Shown here piece by piece: positions 1 to 26,900 of a stretch of 64,000 nt of DNA. Location of the stretch: the NCBI RefSeq assembly GCF_009914755.1, contig NC_060926.1, one strand, 5' to 3'. The translations under genes were made by a program, and so were the position numbers. The notes under the pieces were generated by a model, which was given only the letters and a program-made list of their open reading frames with translations, was not told the origin of the DNA and made no database searches. Source of the DNA: the human T2T-CHM13v2.0 reference genome, Homo sapiens. Position 1 is the first letter of the stretch, and each line of letters starts with the position of its first letter.

Positions 1-302
1 GTCCAGCTGGCTGGAGGGAAAAAAATACCAGAAGTGTTATCCTGGAAGAGGTCACAGAAAAGAAAACATGAACATTGATTCAGAAGAAGAGATGAATGGT
101 TGGGAACCAAGACAGGGTGAAATCAAGGATGGCTGAGGAAACAGGTAAGCTGAGAATGAAAAGTAACTTTCTTGGAGTGAAAAGGTGGATGAACTCCAGG
201 AAAGGCACTGATGTCTGTGGTGTTGTCCATTTGTGTGGGTGGGCCCAGATCCAAAACAGAATGTGCATCATATCTGAAGTCTCCACTGTTGTTTTGTTCT
301 AG

Positions 303-348
303 AAAATATACAGCTTTGGCTCTGGTACCAATTAAATCCCTACATTTT
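303..348 (+). pseudogene. Candidate pseudo-exon, phase 1-2: NIQLWLWYQLNPYI(L)
   Basis: Acceptor gttgttttgttctag, donor TT|gtaact, open frame; phase fits exon at 26813. Confidence 0.35.
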
Positions 349-1945
349 GTAACTTTTTTTGCAGTTCACACAAATCCATAAACAAAGTTAGGGTTCAAAA
401 TTCCTTGTTTAAGATATGGGGGAGTCACAGTTTATTTCAGTTCTGCTCAGCTTTAAATGGCAAATTCCCATAAAATATATTTTGTACAATTGACCTAGTC
501 TGTTATATTCCTTTGTATATGTTCATTTTATTTTTGTTGCAAACTAACTCTGTGAATATGGAATTATTTATAGAATATATACATAAACAATTTATAAAGT
601 AGAAAGTGAAAATCTTCAACTACTCACATACATCCCACACCCCACTACAATTTACATACCCATTCTCAAAAGGTAGGCACCGTCAAAGTTTTGACATCTT
701 TCTAGACATTTTTCAAAGAACATTCAGGCACATACGTTATTTCTTTTCACAAAAATAAAATCATACTTTACATATTGATCCATAACTTTATACTTAATAA
801 TTCATCAGACTTACCTTTAATCTTTAAACCTCTATAGAAGTTTTCATTTTATGACTATTTCAGCATCCATTAAATCATTGCCCTATTGTTGGACATTTAG
901 ATTGTCTTATATTTTTAGCGATTACAAATAAAGTTCCTTACATATATATCTTTACACATTTGTGCAAATATTTCTATAGGATGTAAATCTAAAACTACGA
1001 GTTGAAAATATTTTAATTTTGATAGTTATTGTCACATTGTAATAATAGTTATTTGCCAGTTATTTGTCACTCCAAATTGCTTGTCCCAATTCACTCTGTA
1101 CCAGAAGTATATGAGTTCTGTTCCTGCATATTCTAGGCAAACCTGGACTTTTTTAATGTTTAATATTTGGTAATTTGACAGAGAAAGATGGAATCTCATT
1201 TTTAATTTGCATCTTCCTAATCGCCAGTGAAGATGAACATCTTTTCATATGCTTATTAGGTATTAGCATTTTATTCTTTTGTGAACTACTTCTTCATATT
1301 CTTTGCTTTTGTTCCTACTGGGTGTTTGCCATTTATTTATTTGTTTGTTTGTTTTGTTTATATTCATTGGAGTTGTTTTATACCAGGTGTAGTAATACTT
1401 CTGTTATAAACATCTATTACAGAAGTTTTATATCTTTATATAGTCATCTGTATGTTTTTTTCTTTGTGGTTTCTGAATTTTGTCTTATTTAGGAAGACCT
1501 TTCCACCCCAAGATTGTAAAAAATATTTCCTGTATTTTATTCTAGAACTTTTATAGTTTTGCCTTTTTACATTTAGCTATTTAATACCTTGAATTTAGTT
1601 TTTAAAATGTGTCATATGAAGAGAACTCTAATTTTTTTCTTGTAAATAAAAATCCATTCATCCCCAAACAATTTATTAGTCTATTCTTTCCACAAGGCTT
1701 GAAGTGACATATTTTTCATATACTAAATATTCAATTTATTTGGATCTGTTTCTGAATCCTCTATTATATTTAATTGCTCTGTTTCTGTACCAATACTACA
1801 CTATTTTGACTACAACCTTATAGTAAGTTTTGATACCTGAGGAATTCAGTTTCTTTATTTTTATTCTTGTAACTTGCTTCTAATTGTTACTAATTTACTC
1901 ATCCAAATGAACTTGAGAATTAGTTTGCCAAGTTTCATTTAAAAA

Positions 1946-2230
1946 ATTCGAGACCAGCCTGGCCAACATGGAGCAACTCCATCTCTACTAAAAATATGAA
2001 AATTAGTCGGGCGTGGTGGCACGTGCCTTTAATCCCAGCTGCTCTGGGGGCTGAAGCAGGAGAATCAGTTAAACCCAGGAGGTGGAGGTTGCAGTGAGCC
2101 AAGATCTTGCCTCTGCACTCCAATCACTTAAACCCAGGAGGCGGAGGTTGCAGTGAGCCAAGGTCGCACCACTGCACTCCAGCCTGGGCTACAAGAATGA
2201 AACTCCCTCAAATAAATAAATAAATAAATA
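1946..2230 (+). mobile_element. AluS, 5'-truncated, with 59-bp internal tandem duplication
   Basis: Alu motifs, (taaa)n tail, duplicated right-arm segment 2063-2121/2122-2180. Confidence 0.9.
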
Positions 2231-2286
2231 GGAGCTTTTGAATTTGAGGTGACTTAGCTTTACAAATTGAACCCTGCCATTTATAA

Positions 2287-2511
<225 letters not shown>

Positions 2512-2733
2512 TAAAATACTTTCTAGAAAGTTTTATAGTTTATCTCTTGCATATTTTTGGGTAAGATTGTTCCATTGATAGTTTCATTGTTAATATAAAT
2601 GTGGTCTCTTTATTTCTTATTGGTTACTATTAGTATCTATTAGTAATTTGTATATTGATATTACACATCTCCTTCTTACTGAAATCTCTTATTAGTTCTA
2701 ATACTTTGTTGATAAATTCTTTGTATCTTTTTT

Positions 2734-9043
<6,310 letters not shown>

Positions 9044-9414
9044 CTCTAAACATAACATCTGTATCTTTTTTTAGAATATAATCATGGCAGTTTGTTTCCT
9101 CTATTCTAATATTCCCTCTCCTTTTATGTATTAACTGTCTGCAGACAGAGAGAGAGAATTATTTTTCTTTGCTTCATTAGTTAGGGTTTCTAGGACACTG
9201 TTGAAAAATATTAAGATGATGCATTTTTGTGTTATACCTGACTCAAACAGGAATATCTCTCTAGTGCTTTAAGATTTAATGCAAAGTTTGCTATTGACAT
9301 CAGATACATACTCTTTATCAAATTAAGCAAGTTTTATTCTCTTCATAGCTTATGAAAATTCAAGAATTGGTGTTGCCTTTTCTGAATCTATCAAAAGTAG
9401 TAAATGACCTGTAA

Positions 9415-9721
<307 letters not shown>

Positions 9722-9732
9722 TATATTAATAC

Positions 9733-9842
9733 ATTGAATTAAAGTAATAAATGTGCTGATGTTGAACCATTCTTCCATTTCTAATTTTATATTGAATTAA
9801 AGTAATAAATGTGCTGATGTTGAACCATTCTTCCATTTCTAA
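9733..9842. repeat. 58-bp-period tandem duplication (2 copies)
   Basis: attgaattaaagtaataaatgtgctgatgttgaaccattcttccatttctaa at 9733 and 9791. Confidence 0.9.
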
Positions 9843-10279
9843 ATTCTATTTGATGATGATGTATTGTTTTTCATATACTGCTATATTTAGATTTACTAAT
9901 ATTTAATTTACTAATATTTAATTGAGATTCTTTGTATCTATATTTATGAATGAGACAGGGCTACAATTTTTTCTTTGTTTTTTTCTTTTGTTTTATTTTT
10001 GCTTGTTTTTAGTCTAAATATTATGTTAACCTCATAGAAGGGATTTGACAGATTTCTATCTCTTTCTAGTCTCTAAACCAGTTTAAATAACATAAGAAGT
10101 TTCTCAAATCTTCAAGGTTTGAGAAAATTTACCCACAAAATCACCTAGACCTGGAACTTTGTGGGGAAGAATATGTTTGACTATCTTAAAAAAAAAAACC
10201 TAAGAATATTGATCTATTTTTTTTTTACCTTTTATTGCATATAATTTGACAGTTTTATATTTTCTTAAAAACTCTTCAA

Positions 10280-10604
10280 GCTGAGCATGGTGGCTCATGC
10301 CTGTAATCCCAGCACTTTGGGAGACTGAGGTGGGAGGATTGCTTGATTCCAGGAGTTCAAGACCACTCTAGGCAACAAAGAGAGACCTCATTTCTACAAA
10401 AAAATAACAAAAATTAGCAAGGTGTGGTAGCATGCACCTGTGGTCCCAGCTACATGGGAGGCTGAGGCAGGACGATCCCTTGAGCCTAGGAGGTTGAGGC
10501 TGCAGTGAGCTGTGATTGTACATACCACTGCCCGTCAGCCTGGGTGACACAGTAAAACCCTGTCTCCAAAAAACAAAAGACAAAAAACAAACAAACAAAC
10601 AAAA
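10280..10604 (+). mobile_element. AluJ
   Basis: Diverged dimeric Alu with (aaac)n tail. Confidence 0.9.
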
Positions 10605-12162
10605 CCTTCTATTTCATCTAGTTTCTCAATATATTGTTATAAAGTTGCATATACTATTCTAATATTTTTCACATCTCCTGACTATAGTTATGCCACTATT
10701 CTATTATCAGTGCAGATATTGTGCTTTTTTTTAATTAGAATTAGTAGAGGTTTGTTTATTAAATTGCTCTTTTTAAAGAACCAGTTATTTGGTCCCTAGT
10801 TTTATTTATATCAAATTTCTGTTTCTATCTTTACTTTCTTCTTTCTAATTTTGTTTTTTTTTTCCATTTTCTCATATTGAATGCTCTGTTCATCTATAGT
10901 CAGATTTTTTCCAATAAATGCATTTTAAAGACTATACATACTACTGAGTAACATTTTCGCCATATCCTACAGCTTTTTTCTTCTTATCCACCTTATGGAA
11001 GTATAATTTACATGGCATAAAACTCATTCTAAGTGGAAAATTCAGTTATTTACAGTAATTATTCTAATAAATTTATAGAGTTGTACAACCATCATCATAA
11101 TCTAATTTTAGACCATTTGCATCATACTAAAAGGAAAACTTCTACCCTTTTGCAGTCACTAGTCATTCCCAAACACTTGATCATTTTTTAAAACACAAGT
11201 GTTCAAATTCCACTGCAATGTAAATCAGGATGTGTAAGGATATCGTTCTCACCTGTGTATGTTCTAAAAGATCCTCAGGTGATTCAACTTTGACCCAGGT
11301 TTGATAACCACCTTGATACAGGCAGAAAGAATTTAAACTGCTTGGTGAGAGAGGAATTAAGGAGAGCTACCAAGTTAAATAATTCATTGCGACACAGTTT
11401 AAGGAATCAGAAATTCTTGAAATTACCTTGGTAACACAGGATCCTTGAGTCCAGGGATTGAAGCAATTCATTTTTATATTTCTCACGAAGCCAAGTACAG
11501 TGATTTACATAAAGATGATGCTTCAAATATGTTTTAAATATAGAGTAGACTTTATTATATACAGATGTCAAAACTACACAGATTATTCCCTAAAAGTTAT
11601 CTTTTGACTTAACATTAAAACTTATTTAGAAAACTGTTCTTCTATAAAGTTTTAAAGTTTATGAAGTCTAACATAACAAAATATCATAAGTACTGTACTT
11701 CCTAAACCAACACATTTCCTATTAGAAAAAGCCAAATTAGTTTATCATAATGAACGCTATATTGCAAACCCTGTACAATAATTAACGACAAATTAATTGC
11801 TATTAATATAAAAATGCTTTGGATTTAATTCACTTGCAAAAGTATTATCTGTATATTATAAAGTGAGTGACTGCTATTCTTTGTATAATTATTCTTCAGC
11901 AGGAAGTGTCTTTTTTAAAAAGTATTTTAATATATTATTACCTCAATAATATTAAAGCAGCACACTGACAATTTAGTTTCAATATTCCTTTTGAATTAAA
12001 CATTTGACCTCTTTGAATTATCTGAAATTCTCAAATTAGAAATTGATTTGTAGTTTTGCCATTTATAGATTCAGTATAACAACTCTAAAGTTTTTTCATT
12101 GTGGTCAAAAACACAAAATTTACCATCTTAACCATTTTGAGTGTATGGTACATTAGTGTTAA

Positions 12163-12600
<438 letters not shown>

Positions 12601-13801
12601 TACTTTGTGTTTTTGAGAATTTGGCTATTTTAGATATCTCATATAAGCAGAATCACTCAGTATTTGTCTTTTTGTGATTGATGTAGTTCAGTTAGCATAA
12701 TGCCCTCAAGGTTCTTCCATGTTATTGCATTTGACAGGATTTCCTGCTTTTTATAGCTGAATAATATTCCATTGTATATATACCACATTTCCTTTATCCA
12801 TTCATCTATTGATGGACATTTAAGTTGCTTCCACCTTTTAGCTACTGTGAATAATGCTGCAATGAACATCGGTGTGCAAGTATCTCTTTGAGATCCTGGT
12901 TTCAGTAATTTTAAATATATGTACCCAGAAGTGGGATTGCTAGATCGTATGATAATTCCATTTTTCCACAGAAAAACACAGAACTGTTTCCCATAGTGGA
13001 CACATCATTTTACATTTCCACTAACAATGCCAATTTTTATATAACCTTGTCAACACTTGTTATTTTCTGTGTGTGCATGTGTTTATAGTGGGCATCCTAA
13101 AAGATGTGAGGTGATAGTTCATTGTGATTTTGGATTGCATTACCCTAATGATTAGTGACATTAAGCATTTTTTCACATGCTAATTGGCCATTTGTATATC
13201 TTCTTTGGAGAAATGACTTTTCAAGTTCTTTGCCATTTTTAAATTGAATTATTTGTTTTGTTGTTGTGTTGTTGAGTTGTAGGAGTTCTTTATGCATTCT
13301 GGATATTAACACCTTATCAGATATATGGATTGTGAATATTTTCTCCCATTTTATAGGTTGCCATTTTAACTCTGGTGATTGTTTCCTTTGCTGCACAGAA
13401 TTTTTGAGTTTGATGTGGTTTCCTTTGTAGATTTTTGCTTTTGTTGTCTGTGCTTTTGGTATCATATTCAAGAAATCACTGCCAAATCCAATGCCATGAA
13501 GATTTCTCTATGTATTTTCTTCTAGGAGTTTTATAGTTTTGGGCCTTACATTTAACATTTTAATGCATTTTGAGTTAATGTTTTTATATGATGTAAGACA
13601 AAGGTCTAGCTTCCTTCTTTTGCATGTAGATATAGTTTTTTCCAGCACCATTTGTTGAAGGAACTATCCTTTCCCACCTTGGCACCTTTGTCAAAGATTA
13701 TCTGACCATATATGTCAGTGTTTATTTTTAGGTTTTCTATTCTGTTCCATTGGTCTGTATGTGCCTCCTTGTGCATGTACCAGACTGTTATGGTTACTGT
13801 A

Positions 13802-14259
13802 TGTAGAAGATTGGTGAGAGTGGTGGGAGAAGCTATAGGGAAAGGAGCAGGCTTTCTGAAAGGTCAGAAGGCTCCACATAGCTTCGGGGGAGAATAAGCT
13901 GAAGGCAGCTGTTCTCTTACCCTGAGGCAGAGGGCAAGGAGTAGGTACAAGAAAGTGTAGGAGAATTTATCGTAAACAGGCTTGTTTACCTATGTTGTCC
14001 AGAAACCAAACTTTGATAATCGGCTGTGACCTGTTCCCTAAAAGGGGAACAATAATGTTAATTACCTGCAGATTGTGTTTGCTCCAGGCTTTTGGCATTA
14101 TGTTTGTACCGAATAAAAGCAAGCAGCTCCAGCTGTTCGAGGCTGCTCTCTTTTTCAGCCACTAGAGCTGGCAGCCCTAACTGCTCTTTCACTGCATACC
14201 TATGTCTGAGTACTCCTTTCATCTGTTGCTCGGCCAAGGTCTATGGGGCAGACCTGGCA
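13802..14259 (+). mobile_element. Solo ERV LTR, LTR22-family-like (HERV-K HML-5)
   Basis: TG...CA ends, AATAAA near 14112, TSD actgta/actata; 5' sequence tgtagaagattggtgagagtggtgggagaa resembles LTR22. Confidence 0.75.
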
Positions 14260-15845
14260 ACTATAGCTTTGTAATATGTTTTGAAATCATGACATGTGAG
14301 GCACCCAACTTTGTTTTTCTTATTCAAGATTATTTTGGCTTTTCAAGGTCCTTTGAGGTTCCATATGAATTTTAGGATTTTTCTATTTCTGCCAAAAAAT
14401 AATGCCATTGGGATTTTAATAGGGATTGCATTTAATCTTGTGAATCTTGTGCGTTGTGGATCTCCCATGTTTGTGTAGTATGAACATTTTAACAATATTG
14501 TCTTCCGCTCCATGAACCAAATGTCTTTCCATTTATTTGTGTTTTCTTTAATTACTTTCAGCAATGTTTTGCAGTTTTTAGTGTATAAGTCTTTTGCCTA
14601 CTTTGTTAAGTTTATTCCTATTTTATTCTTTTTGATGCTATTATAAATGGGATTGTTTTCTTAATCTCCTTTTCAAATTCGTCATTGTTAGTGTATAGAA
14701 ATGCAACTGGTTTTTATGTATTTATTTTGTTTCCTGTAACTGCTGAATTCAGCTATTGGTTCTAACCGCTTTTTTTTTTGGTGACATCTTCAGGGTTTTT
14801 ACATACAAGAACATGCCATATGTAACAGATAATTTTACTTCTTCCTTTCCCATTTGGATGCCTTTTATTTCTTTTTCTTGCTTGATTGCTTCAGCAAGGA
14901 TTTCAGTACTATGTTGAATATAAGTGGTAAGAGTGAGCATCCTTGTCTTATGCCTTAGAGGAAAAACTTTCAGTTTTTCACCATTTACCTCTAAAGTTTT
15001 ATCGTTTTGATATCTAATGGACATGTATAATCAAAGATTCCCAGTTTATTAGCACCAGTTCCATGAGAGTGAGGACTAGCCAAGATCTTAATCAAGGACA
15101 TGAGAAAAAATACAAGAGCTGATACACTAGGCAACAGCTCAAATTCAACAAGCTTGTGTTTTACTCCAAGTCAGTCACTAATTTGCAATGTTCCTGTAGG
15201 CAAGCTTTTATTCTCCTCCAAGAATCTGTTTTATCTTCTATGAAAAGAAATAATATTGGAAGATAAATTTTACCTCCTAAAGGTACTATGATACTATACA
15301 AGCCTAAAATTTGTATGTAAATTACATTATGCTAATTGGTGATAAAAATAACTTTAGCAAAATGTGGGATTACAGCATAATCTTTTTATGGGAAAAGATT
15401 ATTGAGAGCCTCATTTTTATTCTGAAAAGAAAATTAAACTTTATAAAGATGATAATTTTGGGATTTGCATTTATACTGATCTTTAAAAATCATAATGGCA
15501 ACTACTAGCTATATATAAATAACATAACTGTATATTTAAGCACAGTGCTTTGAAAAAGTAAGCATGCAAGAAAGTCTGTTGAATATCTGTTAAATAAAAA
15601 GATAATTTTTAAATTGTAGGCTTTATTATATTTTCCTTATATATTATATTACCTTTTCTATTACTCATCATCTAAGTATCTAAATCAGGTATGAATGGAT
15701 GAGGCTCTGGGTATAATCCTTGCTGGGGCACAATTTTTCTTCATCTGTGGACATGTGAAACTAGAAAACAAGTTATCTGCTCCCAGTACAATGGTGGGCA
15801 CAGAATGACAATGAAAGATATTCCAGTTCAAAAAATAAGAAAATG

Positions 15846-17438
15846 GCTCTCCCTCTCCCTCTCCCTCTCCCTCTCCCTCTCCCCATGGTCTCCCTCTCCC
15901 TCTCCCTCTCCCCACGGTCTCCCTCTCCCTCTCCCCACGGTCTCCCTCTCCCTCTCCCCACAGTCTCCCTCTCCCTCTCTTTCCACGGTCTCCCTCTGAT
16001 GCCGAGCGGAAGCTGGACTGTAGTGCCGCCATCTCTGCTCACTGCAACCTCCCTGCCTGATTCTCCTGCCTCAGCCTGCCGAGTGCCTGCGATTGCAGGC
16101 GCGCGCCGCCATGCCTGACTGGTTTTCGTATTTTTTTGGTGGAGACGGGGTTTTGCTGTGTTGGCCGGGCTGGTCTCCAGCTCCTAACCGCGAGTGATCT
16201 GCCAACCTCGGCCTCCCGAGGTGCCAGGATTGCAGATGGAGTCTCGTTCACTCAGTGCTCAATGTTGCCCAGGCTGGAGTGCAGTGGCGTGATCTCCGCT
16301 CGCTACAACCTCCACCTCCCAGCTGCCTGCCTTGGCCTCCCAAAGTGCCGAGATTGCAGCCTCTGCCCGGCTGCCACCCCGTCTGGGAAGTGAGGAGTGT
16401 CTCTGCCTGTCCGCCCATCGTCTGGGATGTGAGGAGCCCCTCTGCCCGGCTGCCCAGTCTGGGAAGTGAGGAGCGCCTCTTCCCGGCCACCATCCCATCT
16501 AGGAAGCGAGGAGCGTCTCTGCCTGGCCGCCCATCCTCTGAGATGTGGGGAGTGCCTCTGCCCCGCCACCCCGTCTGGGATGTGAGGAGCGCCTCTGCCT
16601 GGCAGCCACCCCGTCTGGGAAGTGAGGAGCGTCTCCGCCCGGCAGCCGCCCCCTCCTGGAGGTGGGGGGCAGCCCCCGCCCGGCCAGGTGCCCCATCCGG
16701 GAGGGAGGTGGGGGGCAGCCCCCGCCCGGCCAGCCGCCCCGTCCGGGAGGGAGGTGGGGGGCAGCGCCCCCCCGGCCAGCCGCCCCGTCTGGGAGGGAGG
16801 TGGGGGGCAGCCCCCGCCCGGCCAGCCGCCCCGTCCGGGAGGTGGGCGGCACCTCTGCCCGGCCGCCCCTTCTGGGAAGTGAGGAGCCCCTCTGCCCAGC
16901 CGCCACCCCGTCTGGGAGGTGTACCCAACAGCTCATTGAGAGCAGGCCATGATGACGATGGCGGTTTTGTCGAATAGAGAGGTCGGAAATGTGGGGAAGG
17001 GATAGAGAAATCAGATTGTTGCTGTGTCTGTGTGGAAGGAAGTAGACATGGGAAACTCCATTTTGTTCTGTGCTAAGAAAAATTCTTCTGCCTTGGGATG
17101 CTGTTGATCTATGACCTTACCCCCAACCTGGTGCTCTCTGAAACATGTGCTGTGTCCACTCAGGGTTAAATGGATTAAGGGCTGTGCAAGATGTGCTTTG
17201 TTAAACAGATGCTTGAAGGCAGCATGCTGGTTAAGAGTCATCACCACTCCCTAATCTCAAGTACCCAGGGACACAAACACTGCAGAAGGCCCCAGGGTCC
17301 TCTGCCTAGGAAAACCAGAGACCTTTGTTCACTTGTTTATCTGCTGACCTTCCCTCCACTATTGTCTTATGACCCTGCCAAATCCCCCTCTGCGAGAAAC
17401 ACCCAAGAATGATAAAAAAAAAAAAAAAAAAAAAAAAA
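15846..17438 (+). mobile_element. SVA (SVA_C-like)
   Basis: (CCCTCT)n hexamer head, Alu-like region, GC-rich VNTR, SINE-R, poly(A) 17414-17438. Confidence 0.97.
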
Positions 17439-17808
17439 CTCAAATAGCTCTAGCAGGAGCTGTGCCTCCTTGTTTGTGGTAGGAGATTCCAGATGCAGCA
17501 ATTTGCCTTTCACTTTGAAGTGGTTATCTTGGCATGCCCTCCATCACTGGACCTCTCAAAATGTCATTGAAGCAGCCAGTCCCTGAGTCATCATAGCATT
17601 TACTTCCCACGAGCTTACCAAGACTTCTAGTATACGAGCCTCTCATCTGTCCTGTGCAATCAGCACAACGTCACTGATAGAATGGGTCAGCGTCATGTTC
17701 TGTTTGATGTCTGCGTGGTCCAGGTTCTCTTTGGACTATATCATGACAGAAGTTGGGAAACTTAATATAGTCCTGAAATAAACTGTAAATGAATAAAAAA
17801 AAAAAAAA
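17439..17808 (+). mobile_element. SVA 3' transduction (about 356 bp unique sequence plus second poly(A))
   Basis: AATAAA 17777-17782, poly(A) from about 17795; TSD aagaaaatg (15837-15845) recurs only at 17809-17817. Confidence 0.9.
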
Positions 17809-18225
17809 AAGAAAATGAAGAAAAATAAGGGGTTACTGGTCCCAAGCAATTTTGAAATTCAGCTGGAGAAACTCCACTAAGTTTCAAGGTCTGGGAATTA
17901 TCCTCAATGGTACAGAACATTTCTAAAAAACACTTTAAAAATATTTTTTAATGAAAGGAAGCACATGTTTACAGCTGTATAATCTTATCAGCCTGTTTCC
18001 TGCTTGTATAATTTTTGAAATCTGATCACCTGCTTTCTTTCATACTCTATTTCTTTTGGTCCAGGTTGACAGTGTTTCTGCAGATATAAAATTCTCAAGA
18101 ACCCTGTGGATCTCCCATGTACGTCACAGGAAAGAGCCTCATCCACAGATTTCCTAGATAATCTCATCTCTATCTTTAGCTTTTGCTAAAAGATGTCTGA
18201 AAGACAAAGTCTTTAAGCTTCCTAG

Positions 18226-18560
<335 letters not shown>

Positions 18561-19201
18561 CTTAATCTTTTAAAATAACATTTTGTGTGATTGAATTCTC
18601 TGACCTTTTGATCTTTCTGAGATATTAATAAAAGATACTCTAGCCACACCCTTAGCTTTTTCTCTAGCATACACTTCCCTGACAGTGAATCTCTTAATTT
18701 TCATGTCTTTTATAATCTGGATCATCTGAGAATTTCCCAAATCATCAAATCCTGGATTCTATTTGTTTAATTATTCTTTCCTCAATTTATTTCTTTCCTC
18801 TTCATTTCACTATAAGCACAGTAAGAAGAAACCAAGTTGTACTTCAAAATACTTTACTTGGAAATCACCTCAGCTAAATGTCCACTTTCATTGTTTCTAA
18901 GTTCTGATTGCCACATAACTGCAGGACACAATTTCTTAAAGTCAATCTTTCTACTAACAGTCTGTTCAATGCATTATAGACTTTTTAAAAATCATGATCT
19001 TCAGTATTCTTCCAGCTTCCACCAACCAATTCCAAAGTCACTTCCACATATTTAGTTATTTGTTACAGCAGCATCCAATTTCAGCTCCCCCAATCTATAC
19101 TAGTTTTCTATTTTTGCCCTAATAAAGCACCACAAATTTATTGGCTTAGACAACAAGCATTTGTACTTTTATAGTTCTCTGAGTTAGAAGTTCAACATGG
19201 G

Positions 19202-25932
<6,731 letters not shown>

Positions 25933-26812
25933 GTAATGCTTTTTATGGCAAAAACCACACAAAAAAAGAAGTTCAACATGGGTCTCACTGAGTTAAAATC
26001 AAAGCATCTGCAAGGATGTGTTCCTTTCTGGAGGCTCTAGGGGGGAATCCATTTTGTGCTCACCCAGGTTGTTGGTAGAATCCAGTTCCTTGCATTTGTA
26101 TGACTAGGGTCTCCATTTTCTTGTTAGCTGTAAATTGAGGGTTTTTCCAAGCTTCTAGAGGCTGGTGCATTTCTTGGCTCATGGCCCTCTTGCTGTATCT
26201 TCAGAGCTTGCAATGGCAGATTTTCAGGTCACATTCCTCTGATTCTCTGATTTCTTATATGTAAAGATGCCATAGTCACTCATTTCCAATATTCAATGAT
26301 CTCATCATTTTTCTTTCTTTTTAATCCATGGGGAAATTTGAAGCCTGTTTTTAAATTTTTCAAATGGTTGGACTTGGGAGCATGTGTGTGTATGTGTGCG
26401 TGTGTGTGTTTTAATTGCAATACGGTCAGAGAATGTATCACATGGTTTCAACTTTGAGAATTTTATTGAGATTGTCTTTGTAGCTTAACATATGATCAGT
26501 TTTTATAAAAGTTCCATAGATATTTGAAAAAACTATATACTTTCTGTTTATTGGCTATAAAGTTTTATATATATATGAGATTTAGTTTTTGAACTGTATT
26601 CAAATTCTCTATGTCTTCATTTATTTTCATTGGTTTAATCTGTCCATTTTTGAGAAAGCTGTAGTAAAGTGTGCCTTCTATTTTAATTGTGAATTATGCT
26701 ACACTTTTCTGAGAAAGAAGAAACACTATATAGACCTAAACTGTGTTCTATTTAACCAATGTTTCTGAGTTGACATATAACTAGTGAAATCTGGAGAAAT
26801 TTATTTACATAG

Positions 26813-26900
26813 GATCACAGAAGCATCCTATGAGGTTTCTGCCATTTTCTCTTTTGGCATGGAATGCAATCAGTTGCATCGACCCACTGACACCCAAGAA
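26813..26900 (+). pseudogene. Pseudo-exon, phase 2-0: ITEASYEVSAIFSFGMECNQLHRPTDTQE
   Basis: Acceptor ttatttacatag; open frame; donor appears mutated (GAA|ctaagt for gtaagt). Confidence 0.5.

Noticed and set aside
1-144. Strong donor CAG|gtaagc at 145, phase-compatible with exon 303
   Set aside because: No clear acceptor, stops upstream in that frame, and purine-rich L2-like sequence.
15685-16977. Several long GC-rich ORFs (up to 240 aa)
   Set aside because: They lie in the SVA hexamer, Alu-like and VNTR regions; stop-poor repeat sequence.
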